From contig NW_024704742.1 in NCBI RefSeq assembly GCF_018977255.1, positions 9,984,001-10,048,000 of the forward strand: a stretch of 64,000 nt of DNA, given 5' to 3'. This document shows, one piece after another, positions 26,986 through 40,395 of this stretch (the stretch's first letter is position 1; each line of letters opens with the position of its first letter). This stretch comes from Callorhinchus milii (lineage: Eukaryota). Position numbers and translations under genes: made by a program. The notes under the pieces are model-generated. The model saw only the letters and a program-made list of their open reading frames with translations. It was not told the origin of the DNA and made no database searches.

Positions 26986-27158
26986 TAGTAAAATTCACAT
27001 AAGTCTGATCTGTATAAATCATATAATGACCAAAGTCGTATGTCTGCCCAGGTCCCTCGCAAGTTTATATTCTATGCAAGTTTGACATAACACATACTTT
27101 ACATAAGTCATATGAAATGTATGGCCCCAAACTGATAAGACTTATGTGAGGATTACTG
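26986..27158. mobile_element. Tc1/pogo (Tigger-type) MITE
   Basis: TA|tagtaaaattcacataagtc ... gacttatgtgaggattactg|TA: imperfect TIRs with TA on both sides. Confidence 0.7.
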
Positions 27159-27593
27159 TACCAACTCTCCATGTTTGAATGTATCAGGATGGGACAAAAA
27201 GCACCCTGAGGTGCACACAATATTTCTGCAGTTCACAAGCCATGAGTGAGATTAGGAGCCCTGTGGAGACAGCAGAGGAGCTTAATATCTGTCACACATG
27301 CTCAGCAGAAGACAGTGGGATCTGGACTCAACCACAGATTGGGGGGGGGGCAGCGAAACTTTAAATAATAAACATGAGATCAGATTATGGCACAGATCAG
27401 GGGTATTTAAGGACCAGGGAAGAATGACTGACTCTTCTTGGAGAAGCAAAGATTGATGCGAAAAAATACTTTTCTGTGGTTCTACGATTAGTTAATCAGT
27501 GTGTGGGCTTTGAGCAAAGACAAGACGAGGCTTGATCCTGATCTGCTATCTCACAATTGAATAGCCCATCAAACTCATCGGCTAAACAGCAAC

Positions 27594-27969
27594 TGGAGTC
27601 CTGTAGCTCAATGGTTGGAGCACTCGCGTCCGCGAGCGAGAGACCTGGGTTCGATTCCCGGCAGGGTGAAATATTGTGTAAGTTTCCTTACTCCACACAC
27701 CCGTTTACCTAGCAGTAAATAGGAACTCGATTATTAGTCAATTGGCGGATCGCTTTTCCGGGGGTAATAATTCCTTAAAGAAATAATAATAAATTGGTCA
27801 CTCAATCCATGACTGTTTGTGGGACACTGCTGTGTGCAATTGGCTGCCGCGTTTCGCCCACAAAATATACAGTCAATTCACTTTACAGTATATTCTGTGA
27901 AGCGCTTTGAGAAGTCTCGAAGACATGATAACGCGCAATATCAAATGCAAGGATTATTATCATAATATT
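27594..27969 (+). mobile_element. tRNA-derived SINE, full length, flanked by 53-bp direct repeats
   Basis: Intact head and tail; repeats at 27541-27593 and 27970-28022. Confidence 0.92.
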
Positions 27970-28616
27970 ATCAGCTGTCTCACAATTGAATAGCCCAACA
28001 AACTCATCGGCTAAGCAGCCACCTATACTGGAAGGTGTGTTTGTGTGTGGGTGCGCAGAGGCATAATCATCTGCTTTCAGGGGCACCAAAGTCAAATGGC
28101 GTACTGCTGGGATTGAACTGGGATCTCTGTGGCCTATTTAGCTTAAAGCCAGATCAGACAGTATATTGTATTCACTGAACCGTGGGGAGCGGTGGGGGAA
28201 AGCCTCTATCAATTGCTTTATGAGGTGAATAAATCTTAAACACAATGCAAACGGCAAAACATTTTTTAAAAATAAAAAAATGACACGATATTACAAAGCA
28301 GTGGCTTTTTTTGCAGAAAAAAGACAAGAGACCATCTGAACATTTCCAATCTACCCCACAAAACAGGGTTAGTTCGAAATCAAAATATGTCACTCTAATG
28401 CTCAACCGGGTGACCGCAAAGTCATTCTCATCCAGTAATCCCAGAGCAAAGCATGTTACTGCCTTCGGCTCCCACTGACAGCAGAGGATTAGTTTAAAAA
28501 TGCTGGGAGCTTGCCCAGAGCCAAAACCCAGTCACTGCATCCAAGCACCTGCACCTGCCTTATGCAGCCAGCCTCCCCTTCTGTGTAACACAGGTCAGCA
28601 GCATCACTGAACTCAC

Positions 28617-28960
28617 CTCGTTGTCAATCTTCCCCTCCCTATTCAATTAGAGACTGCAAGCCAAGTACATCTGAAGTCTCGACGCGCTAGCAGAGACGTA
28701 GAGCAGCCCCACAGCTCCCATCGCAGCACCTTTCTGCATCTGCGTCAGAGCGAGTGAAAGTCATCTCTCTCCTCTGCACTCCCAGCAGCTCGTACAGTGC
28801 TCGCCACTCACTCAGCTATAAATAGTATTCAGAGCATCTCTCACTGCCAGGCTGGAGCCGGTGGTGGATGGGTGTGCAATGTCACTTTATTCAAATAATG
28901 CTGCTATTTAGAAGGAGGTGACTGCTTGCGAGCATTACGACACAACTCGATCAGCTGGCA
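28617..28960 (-). promoter_or_regulatory. Candidate promoter and non-coding first exon
   Basis: CTATTTATAG (TATA variant and MEF2 consensus) at 28816-28825; donor GAG|gtgagt at 28617; TGACGCA at 28741-28747; E-box CAGCTG at 28952; local CpG retention; repeat-free. Confidence 0.55.
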
Positions 28961-29483
28961 AGTCATGTGCCCGAGGCCCGAGCTCACAGCAACAAGCAGT
29001 GCTTGCAGACTGCTAGTGACCTTAACTAGATTCCGCAATCCAACTCCCGGCACCTGAACTAGTTTCCACCCCACTACGTTATCATGTTAGAGTTCAGCAT
29101 TTTAATATATAGTCATATTTTGTGTTTCACCCATCAATTCACTTTACAGTATATTCTGTGAAGCGCTTTGAGACGTCTTGAAGAAATGATAAGGGCGCTA
29201 TATCAAATGCAAGGATTATTATTATTAATGCAGCAGGGAAGAGCACTGCACATTTTGACTTGCACATCCTGCTTAGTCTGTAAATAACCCATAGCCATAG
29301 GCAATGTGATCTACCAACGAGACTGACTGAGTTGTGTTAGCAGGATCAGGGGGAATTCAGTCTTTATTAATCTTTATCTTACCAACACACACATGCACAC
29401 ACACACATATACACAGAGTATACACAATGGGGTGAAAACTTTGATTTTGTTCATTCTGATCCAGAAATCCCAGGTGCTGGCAT

Positions 29484-30045
29484 TTTATTTGGTCAGCCTG
29501 GTGTCTGACATGTATGGAAGCCCATCACCGTGCTTAAGAGTATCCAAAGAAAACTGAGAATTCCATGCATCCCACCTACACGTGGAATTCTTAGAGATAG
29601 ATTGTTGGAATGGAATGCACACTAATCTAATTCCAGAAAGTATTAGGCGCACGTTGCTAAGAGCCAAAGCTTAGGGACCGTACAGTGTGCACTGGGGTAA
29701 CTGCTGGAACGTACCCAGCTAAAGCCATATAGCTTGCCATTAAGAGCACTGCCTGATAAGCTTTCCCACTGCTTGTCCAGCAAGGACCACCGTACCCTTT
29801 AGGGCATTGGCTTGCAGGGTTAACAGGAGCAGAGTGGAATGACTCCCATATTCAACGACTGGTCTGCCCTTCCAAGTCCTGCAGATGAACCAGTCTGGCT
29901 GTGCTATCATCAGCAGTGCCCTGGAATACTGTGGACCCGCCTGGCTCAGGAACCGGACTACCGAGACCGCCAGAGGGCTGTCCGATTCCGACATTCCGTT
30001 GCCAAGCATGTCACCTTGGAGCCAGTTCAGCTCCAAGGAGGCCCC
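29484..30045 (-). mobile_element. Old structured repeat, LF-SINE-like, copy 1
   Basis: Homologous to 63310-63810 and 36967-37170; ends in AATAAA on the minus strand; several internal hairpins; family identity is from recall only. Confidence 0.55.
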
Positions 30046-30345
30046 GCTTTGCACATGGCAACTTCCCACAAACAACCAGGAGGTGAAAGATCCATTTAAC
30101 TGGCCAGGACATAGAGAGAAACTCCTTACTCATTTCCCAGAGAGTAAAGGGGTCTTTAATATCCATCTGATCAGGCAGAGGATGCCTTGGTTTAATGTCA
30201 AATCTGAAGGATGACATCTCTGACAGTGCAGTGCACTGAGGTGTCAGTCAAGGATGTGACCTCAAAGTCTTCAATACAGGTAAAACTGATTAAAGTCCAC
30301 ACATGCACAGTTACCTGAACCACTTAATTTTCTGGCTGAAATCAA

Positions 30346-30675
30346 ATAATAATATAATAATCCTTCCATTTGATGTAGCACCTTATCACATCTTATAGAG
30401 GCCTCAGAGCGCTTCACAGAATATACTGTGAAGTGAATTGACTGTATGATTTGTGGGCGAATCGTGGCAGCTAATCATTTGTGGATTAAGTGACCAAATT
30501 ATTATTTTTTTTGAAGGGATTATTACCCCCGGAAAAGCGATCCGCCAATCGACTAACAGCCGTGTTCCTATTTACTACTAGGTAAACAGAGGCATATGGA
30601 GTAAGGAAACATGTCCAACACTCTGCCTGGGAATCAAACCCAGGTCCTCTAGCTTGCAAGGCAAGTGGTCAAGTG
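30346..30675 (-). mobile_element. tRNA-derived SINE
   Basis: Tail, body and most of the head present. Confidence 0.88.
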
Positions 30676-31647
30676 GTCAAATCAAAGGAATTAAGCCGGG
30701 AAAGCCAAGCTTTCTCTGTACACATCCAATATGTCAGCCTTGGACATGCCACAAGGAGACTAGTGAGCTTGGCTGAACTGCTATTTCCAAGCATCACAAA
30801 ACAAGGTCAGAAATCCCAGGGCTGATCAATATCATTCAGGATTTTGACAACACCAGAAATTAACCGGAGTGAAAGGGACTGGATTGTAACCTCCTCAAAC
30901 TGTGGATCCATTTAGAATCAAGCCAACAGAACTGCCATGTTAGGTGTTCAGCAGAAATGTGCAGAATCCATTCGCACAATATGCAACAAACAAAAACAAA
31001 CCCTAATAATTTGGTCACTCAATCCACGGCTGTTTTTGGAACACTGCTGTGTGCATTTTGTCCACAAAATGTACAATCAATTTACTTTATAGCATATTCT
31101 GTGAAGTGATTTGAGATGCCTCGAAGACGTGATAAGGTGCTATATCAAATGCAAGGATTATTATTATTTTCAGATCGGAAAGCATTCATCGCTTGTTTCC
31201 CTAATGACCATTGATGTGAGTTATATATCTTACCAATTACAAACCTCGCTAAAAGCTAGATTTTGTAAATTAAGCGTTCCCCTTGAGCAATCATCTTTTA
31301 AAGCCCGCATTTAAAGGGTAGAGATCTTGTTAGTAAGAAGGGACAAACAGCGATTGAAGTCAGAAGAGATTTAGCCTGGAGTCAGTGTCTGTTCTTTCTG
31401 TGCTAGGTTGTACTTACTTCAGTGACAGAGAAGGAGAATGTGAAGTATCCATTAACTGTTTCTGACCTTCATTCCTTTCATTCCCAATTAGGCTGTGACT
31501 TCATTGTTCCACACCCTGGAGTTATTCTCCAGCTTCAGTGAGGGAATGAAATTCATGTAGCCCACAGGCCAAGCATTTCAGCAACAGAAGCAAGGGAGGA
31601 TGGACACCATGGTTAGCAACAAGGTGCCTTTTTCACATCAGATACAT

Positions 31648-32012
31648 GTGGAGTCCTGTAGCTCAGTGATTAGAGCACTCGCCTCACAAGCCAGAGGACC
31701 TAGGTTCGATTCCCAAGCAGGCCGAAGCATTGGACAAGTTTCCTTACTCCACACGCCTCTGTTTATCTCGCAGGAAATAGGAACCCTGGTTGTTAGTCGA
31801 TTGGCGAATCGCTTTTCTGGGCGTTATAATTCCTTCCAAAAAATAATAATAATTTGGTCATTCAATCCATGACTGTTTGTGGGACACTGCTGTGTGCAAT
31901 TGGCTGCCGTGTTTCGCCCTCAGTCGGTTCACGTCACAATATATTCTGTAAAGCGCTTTGAGATGTCTCGAAGACGTGATAAGGCTCTATATCAAATGCA
32001 AGGATTATATTA
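31648..32012 (+). mobile_element. tRNA-derived SINE, full length
   Basis: Head, body and tail present. Confidence 0.92.
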
Positions 32013-32635
32013 TGTGTGTCAGATGATGCCGGATTTCAAGTTCTAACCTTTACTATATGTACAGCACATACCTGTATATATTCCTGGTGGCACTTGCATA
32101 ACAAGAGGAACAGCATTAGACATACATATAGCGGACCCCTATTATAAGCTACCTCCTTATAAGGCCGATTTTGCTTTGGGGGTTGGTGGCATGTGGACCC
32201 ATTGTGGGTTTAGATGCATGGACAACCTGGCTTCCTGTATTTTAAAAATATTACCCGGTCACCAGGTCACCGCCAGGTCATTTCCTGCAACATACTCAGG
32301 AAGTATTTGTGCACATGGTGCAGGACGTGATGTCAGCAGCAACCCGACACCCAGAATTTGACCATTTTCTGAAGCAGGAAGTTAGCCACATGACAGCGGG
32401 CAAGTGATGTTGGGGGCGAGAGATTTCAGGAAACGGCGTTACTGCTCTTCTTGTAAGGTTTCAAGTGCCTTGGGACATGCGCCTGACATGAAGGAAGCTA
32501 TGTCAACGTAGATTTGTTGTTGTAGACTGCACGGATACACAGCACACTTCTCTGTGGACATTCTGGCCTGCCAGGACTCAAAGATTGGGTTTATGGACCT
32601 GAACCAGTGAGTTATAAAGGGTTTCTTATGTATTT

Positions 32636-32855
32636 GGCCTCGAATTCCAATAACTCGTAGCCTGTCGCACCATCTTACTTTAATATTTAAGACTGTGCAG
32701 AATCATCTTAGTTTGCGAGCTGTTTCCTTTTTAAGAACCGTAATAAACTGTAGAACTGACTTGCAAATTAAGTCTGAATTTAAGAATTTTCCACAATTCT
32801 GCCCTAGCTTAAGATAAAATGCTCTTACAGGCTAAGACCAGGTGGAATTCCAGGG
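32636..32855. mobile_element. MITE-like element with imperfect terminal inverted repeats
   Basis: ggcctcgaattcca ... tggaattccaggg; internal tgcaaattaagtctgaatt recurs at about 33536. Confidence 0.5.
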
Positions 32856-34845
32856 TTTGTGTAAGGGATATTCGCCCACAAAACATACAGTCAATTCACT
32901 TTACAGTAAATTCTGTGAAGCACGTTGAGACGACTAGAAGACATGATAAGGCGCTATATCAAATGCAAGGATTATTATTATTATGCCCTTCACTGTGTAT
33001 GCCTGTGTGGGGATTCATAGCCAGTGACGTAAGACCTGGGAGGCTACTAGATACTTAAAATGACCACTTGCTCCAAAAGCCTCAATCGATCAAAAGATAG
33101 GTAGTTACTCTCCCAAACTCTGCCTGTAAACTGAAAGGCCACTTCATGCTCAAAGGTCTACTGAAGGCCTCACAGGAAGCCACACATAGCCCTGTAAGTG
33201 CAAACATCTGTCTTCATAAAAGTCAAATAGTGCAGTCCTAGATCATCCGTAAGTGATTTAATAATGAATTACTCAAACATTCAGGGTTCTTCACCGCACT
33301 CTACACTGAAGACGTTCCTCTTCTACTGTGCCTACGGTCACCTCCTCCATCCCCCCAGGCTTGGAGTCAGGCTCTGCCACTGTGAAGCGCCCGAGACGCT
33401 GCCCCGTGTGAAGGCCGCTGTGTAAATGCTTATTAAAGGTATTGTTGTTGTCATCTGTTCCGCTCCATTGCTAGATTTTTTCTGCCCAATATTGATCAAA
33501 ATTGTCACTGTTAAGCAGATTGCACTCAAAGCTCCTGCAAATTAAGTCTGAATTGAAAATTTTTCTACAATGCTGTCCTCAGTGAAATTTCAGGGCTCAA
33601 ATAAGGCTTTCCCATGAGGGAGTGAGCCCTGCCTGGTCTTGACCTGAAGCCACAAGTGCATCGAGAACTACAGGCCAAAGGGACAACTGGACCCACAGTG
33701 GCAATTGGTTTGTGTTAAAAGTACTATTTTGTGGACGAAAGATAGACCTGCGTTCTCTTTCGGACACTGACTGACCTTCACGGTGTTCCCAATGTGTTCT
33801 AATATTAACCACTTTAATTAGCATTAGAGTTTGTTTTAGAGAGAAGCCAATGGCCTACGTTGTGTATTGTCACAGGGGGCTTTACAGAAATGGTGTCGCA
33901 CACTAAATGAGTGTGGAGAGGGGGTGATTTTAGGCACAGGTTAGGAAGTCATTTTTGGGTGTTCTTTTGAAGACAACAGGGTGGGGGTGCGGGTGGAGAC
34001 TGAGGGGTATTAGAGGGAGGGTGCTCCAGAGAGGGGAAGGCAGAGTGGTTGAAGACTCAGCTACCAATTACAACAACAACTTGCATTTATATAGCGCCCT
34101 TCACGCCGGACTCCGTCAATTATAGCGTGCAGGGGGTGGGGCAAGCCTGAGTTTACCAGATTAGGTGTGGTGAGGGGGTGGGACTGGAGGGGGTGGGGGT
34201 GAAGAGAGTAACCAGGAGAGCAGGGCTAGAAAAGATCACAGAGTTAGGAAGGCGTGAAGGGATGTGTAAGGTAGGGGTGAGGATCTCAAAATCGATCCGA
34301 TTGGAAAACAGGAGGAATTTAACAAATACTGGATTCCACACGCCTGCAATGGATAAGTCCGATAATTTGTCCGCTGAGACCACTGTCTTGAGTTAACATT
34401 TGTGGCACTGTACGCTTTTAATGAGGCTAAATAGATCCGCGGGTGTCCGGGCCACAGTGCGAGCTGCCAGCATAATCTGCTCCTGCTCCAGATTTCCCAC
34501 AAGTGACTATTGTGTCATTTAAGTTGCCAAGAAGCAGTAAATAAAGGGTAGATTATTAACGCGGTTCACTTTCTACAGCAGATAAATGGCATCGCTCCAG
34601 TTACAGACTCCTGGCCCGGTGGTTAGGACTCTGAGCAGACTTGGGAGGCATCTCAAAGTGTGTTTCTCAGGCACAGGTGGTCCTGACATCGGGCATTACG
34701 TTCTCTCTGCAACTCTTGTCGTTAACTTTGAAAGAGCAGGGGTTGTTTTTCCGTGTGCGCGGAACCAGTGACGTCACTGACGTTCGGTACGAGATGAAGC
34801 CGGATTTACGTAAACGTCATTCCTTTCACTTCTTGGGTGCACGCG

Positions 34846-35226
34846 TGGAGTGCTGTAGTTCAGTGGTTAGAGCACTCACTTCGCAAGCGTGAGGACCTGG
34901 ATTCAATTCCCGGGACGGGCGAAACGTTGGGCAAGTTTCCTTACTCCACATGCCTCTGTTTACCTAGCTGAAGTAGGACCCTGATTGTTAATCGGTTCTT
35001 GGAACGCTTTTCCAGGGGTTAATAATCCCTTCCAAAAAAAAAATTAATAATAATAATTCAGTCACTCAATCCACGACTGCTTGTGGGACACTGCTGTGCG
35101 CAATTGGTTGCGCATTTCGCCCACAAAATATACAGTCAATTCACTTTACAGTATATTCTGTGAAGCGCTTTGAGATGTCTCGAAGATGTGATAAGGTGCT
35201 ATATCAAATGCAAGGATTAGTATTAT
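34846..35226 (+). mobile_element. tRNA-derived SINE, full length
   Basis: Head, body and tail present. Confidence 0.92.
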
Positions 35227-36966
35227 CACGGGTCTGGCACCTGACATCACGGTGAGCTGCCTCCTCTCTGTAATGAGTGAGCCTGGACATCATTAATGCT
35301 GACCCTCATTGTAAGCCCGTCGTTGTTCTAAACAATAATAATCCTCACCAGGGACACAATTGCTGGGAAATGAAGAACTTTCCATTTCAGGCACCCCGTG
35401 CTGTGATCTTTGTGCTCCTGGTGTCGATGTAGGATAGAATTCCCAACCAACCCCCAATAATGTGCCTCTGCTCTCACGTCAACAGTCTACAACTTGCTCC
35501 AACAAGTTTTCCATTTGTTGCATATCTCTCAGTCCACGTGTTGGTAAGCTTGTGCACTGCAATGTCTCACATGAAGTGAATGGCCATTTTATTTGGGGGT
35601 GATTGTTGGCCAGGACATCGGGAGAGAGAAACTCCCTTCACTTTTATGAATATTGTCTAAGGATCTTTGGTTCCACCTGAACGGAGACCTCAGTTTAATG
35701 TTTTGCCTGAAGTACTTTTGAGACCTGTCAGTCAGACCACAGTGGAACAAAAAAGACTTCAGAGCAAAGCTTTTAGAACAGACAAGCAATGATCAGATCC
35801 CGTGTACGGTCTAGGCTGTGCAGAACCATGCTAATCTACAATTTTCAGGGGTATGAAGAAAAGAGCAGGTATCTGGGACTGAACATATTGCTCTTTCAAA
35901 GAGCCAGCACAGATATAAATGGGTCAAATGTTCTTCAGTGCCGTACATTTCTGCAATTCTACAGTGGACAATAGTTTTATTTATTATATCCGCAACGAGG
36001 CATCAATTGTGTAATGCATCACTGCAAGATTACAGGATTTAATATTAGTGGACTGCAGGGAAATAACATGGCTCCACATGTTAATTTTAAAAGAGGGCAT
36101 CTGGGAAATACTGTGAATTGAAAAATTGGAAAGGAGGGACTTAATGCAAAAACAACCATCTCTCCCTCTCTTTCACTGCTGAATTATGTAAATAATGTAT
36201 TTCCTGGTGTTAACATATCAATCCAAGATCAGGCAGTGAAGCTTGCTGTTCTCCTGGGAGAAGTGCTCCATCTTAGCTTTAGCAATCTGAAAATTCAGGA
36301 AAAGGTCAGGAACCATCAGCAGGGAACACTGTCACAGTCAAACCAAACAGAACAACATGAATACTCACTCTCAGACCTTGTGGAATAAGAATAACCACAT
36401 CTAAACATATGCATCAAACCTCCAAATCACCCACTGGATACCTGTCAATAAAATCAAATTGACCGAACTGGGGATCAGTTTGGATTTTAGGTTAGACTCT
36501 TCCCACAATAATATACACAATAATACAACAATTTGCATTTATTTAGCGCCTTTCACACAGGTAGCGTTCCGGAGCACTAAATAAGAATGTTTTTAAATAA
36601 GGCGTTTTGCCCACAAAATATACAGTCAATCCACGATTATTTGGTCACTCAATCCACAAACTGTTTGTGGGACACTGCTGTGCGCAATTGGCTGCCTCGT
36701 TTTGCCCACAAAATATACAATCAATTCACTTTACAATATATTCTGTGAAGCTCTTTGAGACGTCTCAACAATGTGTTACGGCGCTAATAATAATAATTAT
36801 TATTATGTGTACTAATCTAGATCACGGATGGCGAACTTGCTGCCCACGTAACTATTTTACACGTGCCTAATGCAGGTCTACTTAATCCAATAATTGTTTT
36901 TTGCTCTGAGACGCTACCCTGCGTGAGGGGCACTATATAATGCAAGTTGTTGTAATAGTTGTAATA

Positions 36967-37170
36967 GGTAACCTTACTACAAGATGTCAAGCATCGGGAA
37001 GCTCGCTACTGTTTGCATTGACAAGCTGTGTGCTTTTAGCCAGTTAAACTCCAGCAGCTTACCCCAGTGCATACCCAAGCCATGCTTCTTGCCAGCCTCT
37101 GTGCCAAACATCTCCAGGATTAAATAAGCAGAGTGTGTGCCTCTAGACAGAGTCTGCGCACTCCATACAA
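36967..37170 (+). mobile_element. Old structured repeat, copy 2 (fragment)
   Basis: ttttagccagttaaactccagcagcttaccccagtgca aligns with the reverse complement of 29688-29727; attaaataagcagagtgtgtgcctctag aligns with about 63649-63676. Confidence 0.5.
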
Positions 37171-38179
37171 TGACAACAACTTACAACAACTTGCATTCAT
37201 ATAGCTCCCTTCACGTGGGGTAGCGTCCTACCATACCAATGTAAATCAAAAACCATACTTCCAAGAGAACCTTATTATTATGTGGTCAGCTCATGTCACT
37301 TCTTGCAAATTACATTATGTGCTAATAGCTTTGAGCCAAACCATTATGGTGTCAGGGGCTGCTGACACCCAAACAAATGGCAAAGTTTTGGATCACAATT
37401 TTCTGTGGATGTGAAAACTAACACAACAACAACAAACAATAAATGACATTTGTACAGCGCCTCTTCGACCATGTCTTTGGTCACCCTCCCGGCTCTCCAT
37501 CCCTCCTGATCCCAACAATAGCTCGGGTTCAGATCCCCGACTGGCAGCGTCTTGGACATCTTCCTGATGTGAAAGGCACTATAAAATGTAATTTGTTATT
37601 GATATGGGTGGGGAGTGACATGGCCAGTACCAATCATGTCCTCACCCAATATCTTCACGTGCACATTTTTCAGAAGAAATAGACATCAGGAGCAGGAACC
37701 TAAGCCAGAAATCTGGAGCTGTGTTTCTTCTCCTCCTCCTCAGTCTATGTCCCCTCCCCCACCCCATCAACCCCAGGTGAGATCAGCTATTACAACAGAG
37801 TCAAGGACCCAAATGACGGACCTTGGTGGTTCCACCTGTCTGTGTCACACAATGAGTTAGGGTGGCAGCTGTTTTTGCCATCCATTCCTTTATAAGGCCC
37901 CCCAACAAAACATATTCAAACAGTACATGCTGTCATGTTAGTAGATTAATTTTATGAAGGAATCCAGCCTGAATATCAGGGGGAGAGTGCAAGACTTTCC
38001 AGTAATCAGTGTGGGTTTTCCATTGAGTTTAATCCAACCTCTATCTGGTAAACCCATCTCCGCTAGGGCCCCTCACTGAGATTTGATGGCTTAAAGTTGA
38101 TGTGTTCATGCGTCGATATGTATGTGTGAATCTCTGTGCATCTGTGTGTGTATGCGTGCTTGTCGTGTGTATGTGGTTG

Positions 38180-39170
38180 TGGGAGTACTGTAGCTCAGTG
38201 GTTAGAGCACTCGTCTTTCTTCCCCACATCCGCACCACAACTGGCACCGCCTTCCACCACCTCAGGAACATCGCCAGACTACGGCACTACCTCACCCCTC
38301 ACGCTGCTGAAACTCTGGTCCACGCCTTTATCACCTCAAGGCTGGACTATGGGAACTCTCTCCTCGTCGGCCTTCCCGCCACCTCCCTCCACAAGCTGCA
38401 GGTCATCCAGAACTCTGCAGCTCGTGTACTGTCCCGCACCAGGCTTCGGGACCACATCACTCCCACCCTCGCTCGCCTCCACTGGCTCCCCATCCCCCAG
38501 AGGATCGATTTCAAGATCCTCATCCTCACCTACAAGGCCATTCACGGCCTCGCTCCCTCCTACCTCTCCAACCTACTATCCCCCTACCTACCTGCCCGTA
38601 CCCTCCGTTCCTCCGGCTCCGGTCTGCTCCACGTCCCCCGCCCCAATCGCCCTACCATTGGTGGTCGGGCCTTCAGCCTCTCAGCCCCGAGGCTCTGGAA
38701 CTCTATCCCCCAGTGCCTTCGCCGCTTCCTCCCTCTCCTCCTTCAAGGCCGGTCTCAAAACCTTTCTCTTTGACCGAGCCTTCAGCTCCCCTCTCGACTC
38801 TCTTCCCCCTTCTCGCTCCCTCCCATCCCTCCCCTCACCCTGACCATTTCCCCCCTCCTCGCTCCCTCCCCTCCCCTGACCATTTCCCCCCTCCTCGCTC
38901 CCTCCCCTCCCCTGACCATTTCCCCCCTGCTCGGGTCCCAACCCAACTGTCCAGCGCCTTGGGACGTCCTCCCGACGTGAAAAGCGCTCTATAAATGCAA
39001 TCTTATTGTTGTTGTCTCGCAAGCGAGAGACCTAATTTCGATTCCCGGGCAGGATGAAACATTGGGCAAGTTTCCTTACTCCACACACTTAACAGTAAGC
39101 AGGAACCCGGTTGTTAGTCGATTGGCGGATCGCTCTACCGGGGGTGGTAAGTCCTTCAAAAAAATAATAT
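38180..39170 (+). mobile_element. SINE split in its tRNA head by a young L2 3' copy (38214-39013)
   Basis: gagcactcg | L2 ORF2 C-terminus ... (GTT)n | tctcgcaagcgagagacct. Confidence 0.93.
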
Positions 39171-39960
39171 ATATGAAAAGGATTATTATTATTATTATTA
39201 TACAGGACCCGAGGTACACTCCCGATTTCTACCGTTGACTGGTCAACTTCTTGCACAATTGCTGCACATAGGAAATAACACCAGGGGTGCTTGGCACCCC
39301 ACTATCTCTCCAACTTGCTCTCTCCCTACACCACTACCTGTTGCCTCCGCTCGAGTGGCTCCAGCCTCCTCCTTGGCCCCTGGACCCTCCTCCCCAGCAT
39401 CAGCAGCCATGCGTTCAGTCACTACCCGCCCTACCCCCCTCCCACCTTGAAGCTGTGGAACTCTCTCCCTCAATCCCTTCGCCTGCCCCCTCTCTCCCCA
39501 TTTTCAGGTCGCCCTTGAAGACTTTCTTCTTCGACCGTTCCTACGGTCACCTTTCCCCTCCCCCTGACTTGGAATCGGGCTCCACCACTGTTAAGCGCTC
39601 TGGGACGCCGCTCGGCATGAAAGTCGCTATATAAATGCGCAACATGCAGGAAGTGGTATCAGTGCTGACCTGACAACCTGGTAGTGCTAACTGTCAGCCA
39701 TGTTTTTGCGACCTCTATTAAAAAACAGACTTGTGAGTTTATTGGCCCAAACAACTGCATTTTAATGTGACTTTTGAAAGGCTTTCAGACATTTCAGGAG
39801 CTAAGAAAATGCAAGTTTTGTTTACCTTGGAGATCAGAAGATAGAATGTGAAGGGCTGCACACAACCTCTTCTATCATCCGGTGGAACAGGTTTGCATAG
39901 ATTCTCCCTGATCCTCGAGTCAATCAAGCAGAAACTGCACAATATGCAGAATGGCTCTAA

Positions 39961-40395
<435 letters not shown>

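Noticed and set aside
27594..27668. tRNA-Ala(CGC)-like genes at SINE heads
   Set aside because: Every instance continues into the same SINE body and carries scattered mutations, so these are SINE heads, not tRNA genes
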